64,000 nucleotides of DNA, taken from the NCBI GenBank assembly GCA_963675665.1, contig OY776510.1, positions 640,001-704,000 on the forward strand, in the 5' to 3' direction. The first letter of the stretch is position 1, and every line of letters begins with the position of its first letter. The notes beneath the pieces were generated by a model that saw only the letters and a list, made by a program, of their open reading frames with translations, was not told where the DNA came from and did not search any database. The translations under genes were made by a program, and so were the position numbers. Shown here piece by piece: positions 20,833-30,351 of the stretch. Origin of the DNA: Spirochaetia bacterium. GTDB taxonomy: Bacteria; Spirochaetota; Spirochaetia; UBA9216.

Positions 20833-22944
20833 TTAACGAATATTCAGGTTGCCGGCTTTCAGGATAGCCTGCATTCTGCTGTCGACATTCAATTTTCCGA
20901 AAATATTATTCAGGTGCCATTTTACGGTTCCGGTACTTATATAAAGAAGTTCTCCGATTTCCCTGTTTGAATGACCCCTGGAAAGCAGGGTAAGGATTTC
21001 TTTCTCTCTTTTACTGAGTTCTTCAACCGGCGGAATATCATTTTTCATCCGTCCGTCCGGATCAGGGCTGTTATTTTTATATTTTTCCCTGATGTCATCC
21101 AGAAGAACAGTGCTGTCTTCTACAAGAAACCTGCAGACTTCCATTAAATGAATGGATTCCAAAGCCTGCTCAGCATATTCAGCCGCCTTCTTTAAATTTC
21201 CGCTGTCCAGGCAGATTCTTGCCATGGCAGTCAGGATAAAACTTTCTTCGGGTATATAGGCTGTATCAGAAATTTCACCGGACAAGACTCTTTCTCCAAT
21301 TTTCAAAGCCGCCCCGGAATTTCCGGAAGCTGAAAGAGCATACATCAGGTTGTTTATAACAACGCAGTAAATGAAGATCTTCCCCGAGTCTTTCAGTTCC
21401 GCTGCTGCTGCTGATAATATTTCCGCCGCTTCTTTAGCCCGGCCGGAAAGGAAAAGATTCTTTCCATGAAGAATTATTGCCATATAAGAGTAAAATGTTT
21501 TTTCACTTCGTAAAAGTAAAAAGCTGTCTTCAGCATATTTTTTAAATGACGAATTGCCTGTTCTGTAAAGAACCCAGGCTTTAAGACATAAAACAGGGCC
21601 GGGTATTTCGGAATTTGTAAAATCAAAACTTTCATCCAGATGTTCATTAAAGATTTCCATGCTGATAAAATTGCCTGCAAGATAGTCAGCCCAGAGTTTA
21701 ACCTTTAAAACTGACGGATTATTTAAAAGAGCTTTTTCTGAATCATCCAGAAAATCGCTTATAATTTCAAATTTTCCAGTCAGAAACATGTTCTCAGACT
21801 CTCTGACCGTCAGTTCCTCAATTCTTGATGATCTGCCTGACAAAACTGCGTATTTAAATGCCGCATTAAGATGATTGTGATTTTCAAACCATTCCGAAGC
21901 CCGAAAATAAATCCCGTATTTATCAGGGTTTTTATATCTTGAATTTATGTATTCTGAAAAAAGCGTATGGTACCTGTACCATTGCTGATCAGTTTCCTGA
22001 ACAAGAAACGGAAGATGCTTCTTTTTTAGCTGCCGAATCACTGATTCGCTGTCTGTTTTCTGTCGCACAAAATCCGCTAACGTTGAATTAAAAGATTCCA
22101 TTAAAACCGTATCAACAATAAAATCCAGCACATCTTTGTCAATGTCCGATACAATCCAGTCGGAAAAGTAATCAATAACATAGTTATAACTGGCTAATGA
22201 ATTATCAATAGTTTTCATCCGGCTTTCGTCATCAAGTTTTAAAAGCGACAATGCGCATAATGACACGGCCGCCGGCCAGCCTTCAGTTTTCTTTTCAATT
22301 TTCCTGATATACTCTTCCGAAAGTGAAACACCCGCTTTATTAGTAACAACATCATTAATTTCTTCTAAACTGAAAACAAGATCATCTTGCCGCAATTCAT
22401 TAATACTCTGCGTTAATCTTCGCCTGGAAATGGAAAACTCGGGATCTTCCTGTGATAACACCATAAAATTAAGGTTGCCCGGCATATTATCCAGAATGGA
22501 TGAAATAAACTCCGTTATCCTCCCGTCATTTATATCCTGATAATTATCAATTACCAAAGTCAGATTATCGTTCAGTTTTTCAATTTCATAGGCAAAGACT
22601 TCCGAATAATATTCAGGCGTCCTGCTTATCGGAGAAGCGGCCGTCATTGAAATCAAATCACCGAAATCAGGAAAAGGCCTTCTTATACTTGAATTGAGAT
22701 AGCGGATAAATGAGAGAAAAATATTATCCGCCTTGCCTATGGTTAGCCATGCACAGTGAGAGTTCTCCGAAATCCAGGAAGAAACCAGCGAAGTTTTTCC
22801 GTATCCGGGAGGCGCAATTACCAGCGAAACGGACGGCGGATCTGAAATAAACCCTGTAAGTTTCTCTTCAAGTTTTTTCCTTGAAATAAATATACCGCGC
22901 GACTTCGGCGGAGTAACTTTTGACAATAAAACAAAAGAATTCAT
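20833..22944 (-). CDS. MalT-like STAND ATPase / LuxR transcriptional regulator
   Basis: APPGYGKT, TEGWPAA, WYRYHTLF, C-terminal LSKREKEIL...SNREI..L.IS.GTVKWH. Confidence 0.88.
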   Translation of the reverse strand: MNSFVLLSKVTPPKSRGIFISRKKLEEKLTGFISDPPSVSLVIAPPGYGKTSLVSSWISENSHCAWLTIGKADNIFLSFIRYLNSSIRRPFPDFGDLISMTAASPISRTPEYYSEVFAYEIEKLNDNLTLVIDNYQDINDGRITEFISSILDNMPGNLNFMVLSQEDPEFSISRRRLTQSINELRQDDLVFSLEEINDVVTNKAGVSLSEEYIRKIEKKTEGWPAAVSLCALSLLKLDDESRMKTIDNSLASYNYVIDYFSDWIVSDIDKDVLDFIVDTVLMESFNSTLADFVRQKTDSESVIRQLKKKHLPFLVQETDQQWYRYHTLFSEYINSRYKNPDKYGIYFRASEWFENHNHLNAAFKYAVLSGRSSRIEELTVRESENMFLTGKFEIISDFLDDSEKALLNNPSVLKVKLWADYLAGNFISMEIFNEHLDESFDFTNSEIPGPVLCLKAWVLYRTGNSSFKKYAEDSFLLLRSEKTFYSYMAIILHGKNLFLSGRAKEAAEILSAAAAELKDSGKIFIYCVVINNLMYALSASGNSGAALKIGERVLSGEISDTAYIPEESFILTAMARICLDSGNLKKAAEYAEQALESIHLMEVCRFLVEDSTVLLDDIREKYKNNSPDPDGRMKNDIPPVEELSKREKEILTLLSRGHSNREIGELLYISTGTVKWHLNNIFGKLNVDSRMQAILKAGNLNIR

Positions 22945-23027
22945 AATCGATTATATATTTTCAGTCAGTTTTTAGCCTGTGTCAATCCAAAAACAGAGTA
23001 AATAAAAAAGAGCTGATGTTTTTGCTG

Positions 23028-24056
23028 TTATACGGCAAAAGCAAGCTTAATATTGGCTCCCGGGCCATCCCGTACTTCAACAGCAGCCTTCAGCTGATTT
23101 GACAGCATTTTTACCAGGGTAATTCCGAAACCGCTACTGGAACCTGTAAAAATATCCTGAGGAATACCGATTCCGTTGTCAAAATATTCTATATACACCA
23201 TGTTTTCTTTCTGTGTGATTTTCACATGTATTTCACAGTCGCACTGATCTTTAAACGCATGCTTAATGGAATTGGTGGATAATTCATTTATAATTATCCC
23301 TATATTGGATGCAATATTAGCATCAAGGTTTATATCATCAATTTCTGTCTTAATGGTGATGGGGTTCTCTTTTGATATTATATTTTCCATTTCAGCCATC
23401 AATGAATCAATATAAGTCTTTAATGAAATATCAAGAAAATTTTCCGACTGATAGAGCTTTTCATAAAGAACCATCATACTCTGAATTCTCACTGCGGCGT
23501 TATTCAGAATGCTCCTGGCCCGATCGTCAGTCTGGGATTCGGATTGAAGTTTTAATAATGAGTAAGTGATATTCATGTTGTTTTTTATTCTATGATGTAC
23601 TTCTTTCAAAATCAGAGTCTTTTCCTCAAGAAGCATCTTAACCTTTTCTTCAGCCTGTCTTTGCTTTGTATTATTCAAAACAAAGCATGATAAACCGATA
23701 ACTGAACCGTCAGGCAAAATCAGCGGAGAATAATAATCGATCCAATAAAGACGGGAGAGTTTATCGTCGCCGTATACTTCTTCCAAAACAAAAGATTCTC
23801 CGGCAAGGGCACGATCAAAGTTGGTTTTTGCATTTTCTCGGTCAGATTCCAGGCTGATAACCTCAAGCATATTAATACCTGTTGAAATATCTTTTCCCCA
23901 TATCTGTTTCATGGTTTTTTTATGATTTTCATTAAAGGAAATATATTTGTATTCTTTATCCAAAGCAAAAACAATCACGTCCGGAGAGCTTTCAATGATT
24001 GCATCCAGCATGCTGTTTTTCTGAATCAGAAGTTCTTTAATTTCTTCAGTTCTCAT
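23028..24056 (-). CDS. Cytoplasmic PAS sensor histidine kinase (HisKA_2 type)
   Basis: EVHHRIKNN H-box, NELSTNSIKHAF, DNGIG, GFG. Confidence 0.88.
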   Translation of the reverse strand: MRTEEIKELLIQKNSMLDAIIESSPDVIVFALDKEYKYISFNENHKKTMKQIWGKDISTGINMLEVISLESDRENAKTNFDRALAGESFVLEEVYGDDKLSRLYWIDYYSPLILPDGSVIGLSCFVLNNTKQRQAEEKVKMLLEEKTLILKEVHHRIKNNMNITYSLLKLQSESQTDDRARSILNNAAVRIQSMMVLYEKLYQSENFLDISLKTYIDSLMAEMENIISKENPITIKTEIDDINLDANIASNIGIIINELSTNSIKHAFKDQCDCEIHVKITQKENMVYIEYFDNGIGIPQDIFTGSSSGFGITLVKMLSNQLKAAVEVRDGPGANIKLAFAV

Positions 24057-24196
24057 AACTAAATCTTCCGTCCTGCCTAAAACCGTTGGAATCGTTTACT
24101 GCATCCGGTTAAAATTACTGTTCTTTTCCACAAATGTAATTCTATGTAATTCAAATTATAGTCTATTCATATTTCATAATCAAATCTGCTCATGGA

Positions 24197-25078
24197 TTAT
24201 TTCGCCAGCTCGTCTATTACAAGTGAAGCAATTCCAAGCACGCCTGCATCATTTTTATTTTCCGCATTAAGAAATTTTACATTTTCCCCGCTTACAGAAA
24301 AGGCTTTTTTCTTAACTTCCTTTTCAAGCGGCTTCAACAGGAAATCTCCGAGATTTGACAGCCCGCCGCCGATAATAACCGCCCCGGGATTAAACAGCGT
24401 TACCGCGTTTGCGATGCCTATGCTGAGATAATGTAAAAGATGCTCATACGCCTTTACGGCTGTTGAATTTCCACTGTTGTACTGATCTTTCAGCTCTTCG
24501 GCAGGAATGGAAAAAAGATTCTGCAAAGCCTTTCCCGAAGCAAGAGAATAAAGTTCCCGACCGTCAGAAAAAATAACATGACTGAGTTCTCCGGCAGCGC
24601 CGTCGGCTCCCCGGTACAATTTTCCGTCGATTACAACCCCGCAGCCGATACCTGTGCTTATAGTGATATAAAGAAAATTCCTGATGTTTTTTCCGGCCCC
24701 GCAACAGGCCTCTCCTGCAGCGGCAGCCCGCGCATCGTTTTCAATAAAAACAAATGTTCCGTATTTTTCCTGCAGTATCTTTTTTATCTCAACATTTACC
24801 CAACCTTTCAGATTCGGGCATTCAAAAGAGATACCGGAACCATTATCAACAGGACCCGGCAGGGCAATCCCAATCCCGGATAAATCATTTTCCGTCAAAT
24901 TACATCTTTTTAAAATAAAATCCACGGAACCGAAGATATTTTCGATAATATGCGCCTTGCCCTTTTCTGCTTCGGTATTTATCCTGTTTTTACCCAGTAC
25001 TTTGAGGTTTCGTTCAGGATCAACAAGTATCGTAGCAATTTTCGTCCCGCCAACATCTATTCCGAGGATTTTATTCAT
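24197..25078 (-). CDS. ROK-family sugar kinase
   Basis: GIDVGGTK, PGPVD, ENDARAAA.GE, STGIGCG, GAAGELSH, GGG. Confidence 0.88.
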   Translation of the reverse strand: MNKILGIDVGGTKIATILVDPERNLKVLGKNRINTEAEKGKAHIIENIFGSVDFILKRCNLTENDLSGIGIALPGPVDNGSGISFECPNLKGWVNVEIKKILQEKYGTFVFIENDARAAAAGEACCGAGKNIRNFLYITISTGIGCGVVIDGKLYRGADGAAGELSHVIFSDGRELYSLASGKALQNLFSIPAEELKDQYNSGNSTAVKAYEHLLHYLSIGIANAVTLFNPGAVIIGGGLSNLGDFLLKPLEKEVKKKAFSVSGENVKFLNAENKNDAGVLGIASLVIDELAK

Positions 25079-25101
25079 ATGTCTCTCCTGTTGAAACCCA
25101 A

Positions 25102-26433
25102 CTACAGTTTATTCTTTTGATTAAACTGAGGCAGATATTTCTTATGTGCTTCCAGCATTTCATTATAAATCTTTTTAGCCATTTTATCATTGGAAACAAG
25201 CGGATTTATTACCAGTGCAAGCAGCCCGGTATTATAATCCCCGGTTACCGCAGCTTCTGCAGAAAGCCTTTCAAAGGATTTTATCTGCTGAATAAGCCCT
25301 TTAACAGGAACAGGAAGCTCACCTACCGGAACCGGAATTGGACCCTTGTCAGTTATTTTACAGGTTATTTCTATTGCAGATTCATCCGGAAGATCCGAAA
25401 TGGCACCATTATTCATTGTATTGACGGTTTGCAGATCGCCCTTGTTATTGTATATGGAATTGATCAAACTGCATGCCGCATCACTGTAATAAGCCCCGCC
25501 CCTGCTTTCCAGTTGTTTCGGTTTTTCAGCAAGCTCAATGTTTTTATAAATCTCAAACAGTTCGCCTTCCATGGCTTTAACCTTTTCCGCTCTTGTTCCG
25601 TTATGCTTATACTCTTCAACAGCTTCCTCAACCATTTCTGCTGTTTTGTAGTAATATCGATGATACGGACAGGGCAGAATCTTAAGCGCTTTTAAAAACT
25701 CCGGTTCCCATTCTACCGGAGGAATATTACTCATGGTAATCTTCCCTTTCGATTCAATCATTATTTCGGGCACCTGATCAGAAATATCCTTTCCGTCCAG
25801 ATATGTTTTCAATCCGTAAACCATATGGTTCAATCCGGCAAAATGAATTTGAAGACGTTCCGGCTCAATATTCATGACTCCGGCCATGGCCCGATGAACA
25901 CCGACGGGGACATTGCAAAGGCCTATTACTTTTTTATGCACCGAATATCTTAAAAGCGCCTCGGTGACCATGCCCGCCGGATTGGAGAAGTTTATAAGCC
26001 ATGAGTCCGGACAAAGCTCTGCCATATCTTTTGCTATTTCAAGAATCACAGGAATTGTTCTAAGCCCCAGGAAAAGGCCGCCGGCGCCGTTTGTTTCCTG
26101 TCCCAAAACACCGTATGACAGGGGAATTTTTTCATCCTTTATCCGGCCGTCCATTCCGCCGACCCTGATCTGTGTAGTAACAAAATCAGCGTCTTTCAGC
26201 GCGGCCCTTCTGTCTGTTGTAGTGAAAATTTTCATCGGAACTTCTGCTTTTTTAACCATTCTTTCCGCCAGGGCCCCGATGATCTCCAGTTTTTTTTGGC
26301 CTTCTTCGATATCCACCAGCCAAAGTTCTTTTACCGGCAATTCATTATATCTTTTTATGAAACCCTCAATCAGTTCGGGAGTATAGCTGGATCCCCCTCC
26401 GATTGTTACAATTTTAATTCCGCTATCGTTCAT
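25102..26433 (-). CDS. 6-phospho-beta-glucosidase, glycoside hydrolase family 4
   Basis: IGGGSSYTPE, GQETNGAGG, NFSNP, GLCN, GLNH, RGGAYYSDAA. Confidence 0.93.
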   Translation of the reverse strand: MNDSGIKIVTIGGGSSYTPELIEGFIKRYNELPVKELWLVDIEEGQKKLEIIGALAERMVKKAEVPMKIFTTTDRRAALKDADFVTTQIRVGGMDGRIKDEKIPLSYGVLGQETNGAGGLFLGLRTIPVILEIAKDMAELCPDSWLINFSNPAGMVTEALLRYSVHKKVIGLCNVPVGVHRAMAGVMNIEPERLQIHFAGLNHMVYGLKTYLDGKDISDQVPEIMIESKGKITMSNIPPVEWEPEFLKALKILPCPYHRYYYKTAEMVEEAVEEYKHNGTRAEKVKAMEGELFEIYKNIELAEKPKQLESRGGAYYSDAACSLINSIYNNKGDLQTVNTMNNGAISDLPDESAIEITCKITDKGPIPVPVGELPVPVKGLIQQIKSFERLSAEAAVTGDYNTGLLALVINPLVSNDKMAKKIYNEMLEAHKKYLPQFNQKNKL

Positions 26434-26465
26434 ATAAGCTCCTTATATTTATTATTTCATATTCA

Positions 26466-26522
26466 ACAAATGTGACCGCACACATTTGTGTATAATATTA
26501 TCATTTTTTTCAAACATGTCAA
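26466..26522 (-). promoter_or_regulatory. LacI-type operator and promoter for the GH4-ROK operon
   Basis: Perfect 9-bp IR ACAAATGTG-ACCGCA-CACATTTGT (26466-89), resembling TGTGAGCGCTCACA; minus-strand TTGACA(26522-17)-16 bp-TAATAT upstream. Confidence 0.7.
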
Positions 26523-26562
26523 CAGGAAGAATTGGTTTGGTCTGAATTTTGGCTTGAAACAA

Positions 26563-27579
26563 TCATATTGCAGGTATTTCTTTACATGAACTTCTGATTA
26601 TAAAATCGGAATCAAGAATGACTTTTTTCAATTCATAATCTTTATTTTCAATGCGGTTTACAATCATATCCGAGGCCTCTACCGCCATCCCCCCGATTGG
26701 CTGGGACATTGTAGTCAAAGCCGGGGTAATGAATGATGAATACTGCAGGTCATCAAACCCGACAACTGAAAGATCTTCCGGTATTAAAATATTCCTGTCA
26801 TGGGCGGCTTTTATCACTCCCATTGCCATATAGTCGTTTGAGCAGAAAATTGCCGTAGGGGGATTTTCCAGATCCATAAGGGAGTTTAATGCATTATACC
26901 CGCTTTCCAGAGACCAGTCGCCGTAATAAACCAGATCTTCTCTGTATACAATACCGTTGGCTTCAAGCTCAGTTCTATAACCGGTCAGCCTGTCTGCTGC
27001 ATTAACTTCAATCAGATTTCCGCTGACAAACCCGATTTTTCGGTGGTTAAGCCCCAAAAGGTATCTGATTATTGTTGCCGCACTTTTCAGGTTATCTACG
27101 TCGACATAGCCGTATTCAACGTCATCACTTCTTCCGAGAACAACAGTAAAAGGAATATCATCTTCAACCAGTTTTGTTATAAACGGATCATTTCCCGCCG
27201 GTGCGAATACAATAAGCCCGTCAACTTTCCCTTCCTTATACAAACTGGAACAATCCTTTGTCTTTTCGTCGCTGTGCATGGAGCCGAGAAAAAGACTGTA
27301 GCCCTTAATTCTCAGATGCATCTCAATTGATAAAAGCAATTCAATATAAAAAGGGGCGGTTAACAGGTATTCCTTTTTCGGCAGAATTATTCCTATGTTA
27401 TTCGTTCTTTTTTTATTAAGCGCCCTTGCGGCGGCATTCGGGTAATAGGAAAGTTCCTTGATTGCCGCAAGAACCCTGTCCCTTGTTTCAGGCCTGACGT
27501 TGTCGGTCCCGTTAACAACTCTTGAAACCGTCATATATGAGACATTTGCCATTTTTGCGACATCCTGTTGTGAAGCCAA
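26563..27579 (-). CDS. LacI-family transcriptional regulator
   Basis: DVAK.ANVS..TVSRV.N HTH, YPNAAARAL hinge, SVVGFDD. Start at TTG 27579 with AGAGG SD. Confidence 0.92.
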   Translation of the reverse strand: MASQQDVAKMANVSYMTVSRVVNGTDNVRPETRDRVLAAIKELSYYPNAAARALNKKRTNNIGIILPKKEYLLTAPFYIELLLSIEMHLRIKGYSLFLGSMHSDEKTKDCSSLYKEGKVDGLIVFAPAGNDPFITKLVEDDIPFTVVLGRSDDVEYGYVDVDNLKSAATIIRYLLGLNHRKIGFVSGNLIEVNAADRLTGYRTELEANGIVYREDLVYYGDWSLESGYNALNSLMDLENPPTAIFCSNDYMAMGVIKAAHDRNILIPEDLSVVGFDDLQYSSFITPALTTMSQPIGGMAVEASDMIVNRIENKDYELKKVILDSDFIIRSSCKEIPAI

Positions 27580-27660
27580 GCGAAACCTCTTTATACGAAT
27601 ATTAAATATAGAATACCATATTTCAATATTCAATTCGATAGCTATATTCTTTTCGGATAA

Positions 27661-27708
27661 CTCTTTTATCCCGACAGCCGATGCAATATCTCTAATTTCT
27701 GTTCCCTT
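27661..27708 (-). pseudogene. Possible TetR HTH remnant
   Basis: KGTEIRDIASAVGIKE resembles the TetR HTH (G...TSIRDIA..VGI), with no intact gene around it. Confidence 0.35.
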
Positions 27709-27836
27709 GTTACTCTGCTGCAAACCCGGGATGATCGGCAATCTTTGCTGCAGGGCCCGGATTCGCCGAAACGCAAGCTATTTATTAATAATAATAAAAG
27801 TGTTATCGTATAATGTTTTTTTTTGGGGAGTATACT

Positions 27837-28589
27837 ATGCCTTCTTCTTATAACATACCGGTTCTGGTAAAAACCTTTTCAGTAATTAAATGTATCTCAG
27901 AGTATAACAATGGTTTAACCCTAAGCGATATATCAAAAAAAATAGAAACTCCCAAATCTACAGTATTCAGAATACTTTACACTTTACAAAAAGAATTGAT
28001 TATTGAAAAAAAGAATGATTTATACTTCCTGGGAAGTATGTTGATCCATTTCGGCCTTCACACGCTTTCACAAAGAGAGCTCAAAGATATTGCGAGACCC
28101 TTTTTAATTTCCCTGATGGAAGAAACCGGAGAAACGGCTCACATTGCAATACCAGTGGGAACACAGAGCATGATACTGGACGTAGTACTGACAACGCATT
28201 CAATCCGGTTCTCGTCGCCTGTGGGGAGCCTTTTTCCCCTGTATTGCACATCTCACGGAAAGGTCTTTCTGGCCTTTTCAGATCACCTGGATTTGGACAG
28301 TTATTTGGAAGTTGCGCCGCTTCAGTATCGTACTGATAAAACATTAATAACCCGTGAGGCCCTGTCGGCCGAATTGGACAAAATCCGTGACCAGGGATAT
28401 TCCATGGATGAACTTGAATTCACCGATGATATAAGATGCTGTGCGGCTCCGGTTCCGGACAAGGAAGGCCGTTGCGTCGCTGCAGTCGGCGTTACGTCTA
28501 CAACAATTACATTTAAAAAGGAACGTATTAAAGAAATATCTGATGCTGTGAAAAAATACGCATTGAAGATATCTGCCGAATTGGATTAA
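27837..28589 (+). CDS. IclR-family regulator (paralogue 1)
   Basis: PKSTVFRIL HTH, TGETAHI, PLYCTSHGK, GYS.D..E...IRCCAAP; GGGGAG SD. Confidence 0.9.
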   Translation: MPSSYNIPVLVKTFSVIKCISEYNNGLTLSDISKKIETPKSTVFRILYTLQKELIIEKKNDLYFLGSMLIHFGLHTLSQRELKDIARPFLISLMEETGETAHIAIPVGTQSMILDVVLTTHSIRFSSPVGSLFPLYCTSHGKVFLAFSDHLDLDSYLEVAPLQYRTDKTLITREALSAELDKIRDQGYSMDELEFTDDIRCCAAPVPDKEGRCVAAVGVTSTTITFKKERIKEISDAVKKYALKISAELD

Positions 28590-28631
28590 ACAGGTTAAAC
28601 CGATTCGACAGATTATTTAATTCTGATTCTT

Positions 28632-28756
28632 TGAAGAAAAAAATTACAATTTTAAGTTATTATATACAGCATAAGAAGTTGTAATTTTTTCTTCAGTTAC
28701 ATTATGGAAACTCTTTCAGAAACTCTGAGACTAAAGTCTCTTGAGTTTTGAAAGAG
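28632..28756. terminator. Two long hairpins between the convergent iclR and uxaA-like genes
   Basis: IR 28632-49/28679-95 and IR 28711-28756. Confidence 0.55.
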
Positions 28757-28762
28757 CCTCCT

Positions 28763-29938
28763 TTAATTTTTATTAATAAAATATTCCAGTCTCGGGTCTT
28801 TTTTATATATTGCAAATCCTGAATAGCCTAAACCTTCCAGTTTTGTTTTTTCACCTTCGGCAACCTTTATGACCTTTTCAAGAATATATTCAGATACTGA
28901 ATCCAGTGAGTCTTCACCTGTAATTATCTTTCCTGCATTTATATCCATATCTTCTTCCATTTCAATAAATGATTCAGGATTTCCGCATACTCTGATTGTC
29001 GGCATTAATTGACTGTTCACCGACGCGCCTATTCCCGTTGTGAACAGCATTAATTGACACCCGGCTGCAGCCAAATGTGTTATGCAGTGTGAAAAAAGCA
29101 TTGTTCCGTCCTGCAGATAGACTCCGCCCTTTTCCGGTTTTTCCAGAATTCTGTCGCTGTATTCCAGAACTCCCTGTATGGGGCGTGTTCCTGATTTATG
29201 AATTGCACCGATGGATTTTTCTTCAATTGTAGACAACCCTCCCTGAACATTGCCTATACACATAAACTCCACTTCTGTTCCGGGAACCGTCCATCTTTTC
29301 TGCTCTAATTCAATCGTTTTTTTGATTTGGTCAGCAACTTCCGGATTGACGGCCCTGGAAATCAACTCTTCTTCACCGCCGATACATTCAATCGGTTCGG
29401 TAAAAATAACCGTTGCACCAAGATCCGCCAATTTGTCCACTGCCGCGCCGACACTTGTATTTGAAGCAATACCGGAAGTAGTATCCGATCCGCCGCACTT
29501 TACAGCAACGGACAATTTATCAATACCTACAGGAACTCTTTCGGGATTGCCGAAGTCGGCTTTCATTTTTTTGATTATATTTATACCTTTTTCTATTGTT
29601 TTCCTTGTTCCCTTTTCTTCTACAACCTCAATTACCTCAACCGGCTTTTTAGTATTAATCAGTTCTATAATCATCTCCGGTTTGACCCCTTCGCAACCGA
29701 TACCAATGATAATAACTCCCACAACATTCGGATTGTTGGCCAGTCCGGCAAAATTATTTATCACCTGCTCGTTTCCGGCGGCGGGACATCCGTGCGCCGA
29801 AGTAACTGTAATCACATCGTCAAATTCTTTGGCTATATTTCTTACTATTCCTTCGACGGCATCACATACGCCCAGAACAAGATAGTTGTTCCTTACACCC
29901 ACTGAACCGTCTTCTCTTAAATATCCTTTGAACTGCAT
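28763..29938 (-). CDS. UxaA/GarD-family sugar-acid dehydratase, large subunit
   Basis: GYLREDGSVGVRN, HGC, GIGCE, KCGGSD.TSG.ASN, GN..GGLSTIEEKS.GA, FTTG. Confidence 0.88.
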   Translation of the reverse strand: MQFKGYLREDGSVGVRNNYLVLGVCDAVEGIVRNIAKEFDDVITVTSAHGCPAAGNEQVINNFAGLANNPNVVGVIIIGIGCEGVKPEMIIELINTKKPVEVIEVVEEKGTRKTIEKGINIIKKMKADFGNPERVPVGIDKLSVAVKCGGSDTTSGIASNTSVGAAVDKLADLGATVIFTEPIECIGGEEELISRAVNPEVADQIKKTIELEQKRWTVPGTEVEFMCIGNVQGGLSTIEEKSIGAIHKSGTRPIQGVLEYSDRILEKPEKGGVYLQDGTMLFSHCITHLAAAGCQLMLFTTGIGASVNSQLMPTIRVCGNPESFIEMEEDMDINAGKIITGEDSLDSVSEYILEKVIKVAEGEKTKLEGLGYSGFAIYKKDPRLEYFINKN

Positions 29939-29991
29939 GAAGATTCCCCCTTGCTATTTGTTTCTTGCTGTTTATACTTTATCTGAAAAAC

Positions 29992-30321
29992 CTAGATCCC
30001 CATGCCTTTAATCATCGAATCTATTCTATCCCTTGGAATACCGATACGGTCGCTTTCAATATTTTGTATATGAACCATCTCGCCTTTTTTGATGTCCCTG
30101 TAGCACAGACCAATTTTTGATCCGTACTTAATTATTTTCTCTCCTGTTGAAATATCATCAAGTGATATCTTGAAGCCGAACCTGTTATCCTGTTCGGCAA
30201 TTATATTTTTAACAACTTTCCCGTCGCTGTATATTATGGAGACTTCTTCTCCTTTTTTTACTTCCGCCAATACGGTTGCAACGTTGTCCTTTTCATTCAT
30301 CATTAATGCTTTCTTTTCCAT
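29992..30321 (-). CDS. UxaA-family dehydratase small (SAF domain) subunit
   Basis: DNVATVL, GFKISL.DI..GE.IIKYG..IG, GE.VH..N. Confidence 0.88.
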   Translation of the reverse strand: MEKKALMMNEKDNVATVLAEVKKGEEVSIIYSDGKVVKNIIAEQDNRFGFKISLDDISTGEKIIKYGSKIGLCYRDIKKGEMVHIQNIESDRIGIPRDRIDSMIKGMGI

Positions 30322-30351
30322 ACGTCTTTATCCTCCCGGTCTTTTATTTAT

